Below are positions 63,181 through 64,000 of a DNA stretch of 64,000 bases, piece after piece. The DNA is from Malacoraja senta (lineage: Eukaryota). The stretch's first letter is position 1, and each line of letters begins with the position of its first letter. Where the stretch lies: contig CM075991.1 of assembly GCA_038087875.1 (NCBI GenBank), forward strand, positions 434,001-498,000, given 5' to 3'. The notes under the pieces were generated by a model. That model searched no databases and was not told where the DNA came from. It saw nothing but the letters and a program-made list of their open reading frames with translations. Made by a program: the position numbers and the translations under genes.

Positions 63181-64000
63181 TTTAGGATGGAAGTACACTG
63201 TTATAAACCTTTGGCTAGAACCGCTGAAATATGATGTTCAGGTCTGGTCCATGGTGCAGGAGGGAGGGAGATTCACCAGGATGGTGACACAAGGAACTGC
63301 AGATGCTGGTTTGCTAAGAAACAAATGACACCAAGTCCTGGAGTAACTCAGCGGGCCAGGCAGCATCTGTGGAGAACATGGATAGGCAGTGTTTCAGTTT
63401 GGGTCCCTACATTAGACTGATTGTAGTAGAGGGGAGAAAGCTGGATGAGAGGATGGGCAGGCAAGATAGGTGGATAAAGGTGATGGGGAAGGAGGTGGGG
63501 TTGATAGGCAGAGGGCAGAGATGAAAAGACAAAAGGTGTGAGGTAGGGTGGAAGAGGTGGGAATTGTGAAGCCAGATTAAGTTATATCGGTGGAGGGGGG
63601 GAGGGAGGGGGGGGGGTTAATAGGGGAAGAAGAGTGGGAGAAGGACTGGATGGTGTTTTATCCTTTTTCATCCACATTCCTTCCTCTGGCTTCACAATCC
63701 GCTCTCTTTTATCCTTACCTCTTTTCATCTGTGCCCTTTATCCAACCGTCTGCCTATCAATATCCTCCCTCACCTGTATCCACCTATCACTCACCAGGTG
63801 CTGCCACACCCTCACCTCACATCCAGTTTTCTTCCTCCAGCACAATCAGTGTGAAGAAGGGTCCCAACCTGAAACGTCACCACTCCATGTTCTCCAGAGA
63901 TGCGGCATGAATCACTGAGTTCCCCCAGCACTCCGTGTCCTGTTTTCACCAGGATGTTGACAGGATGGGACTTCCCGAATGAGGGATGGCTGGGTCTGTG

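Overview
Repeat-dense vertebrate DNA, very probably from a cartilaginous fish (skate/ray-like; inferred from HE1-type V-SINEs paired with CR1 LINEs). One host gene is recognisable. Eleven consecutive, phase-compatible GT-AG coding exons on the minus strand (39377 down to 4187) encode an FHF-complex FHIP2/FAM160B protein, best matching FHIP2B by recalled sequence. Exon numbers are assigned by analogy to the human gene. The first coding exon and the 3' exons were not found, and 200-N assembly gaps flank the recognised part on both sides. Other content: many CR1 and Rex/Babar LINE fragments, about 20 V-SINEs, Penelope-like fragments, and fold-back mini-elements carrying hammerhead-ribozyme-like cores. 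Also present are hAT, Harbinger and Tc1 non-autonomous DNA transposons, a 5'-truncated Ingi/Vingi-like LINE with a 10-bp TSD, several minisatellites, and a complete-architecture DIRS1-type retrotransposon (53331-58108). The DIRS element has perfectly matched terminal and internal complementary repeats although all its ORFs are broken. No wholly new system is demonstrable from sequence alone. The best leads are the DIRS element, the hammerhead-bearing palindromes, and a chain of unexplained exon-like segments upstream of FHIP2B. Repeat boundaries are approximate unless a TSD or TIR is given.
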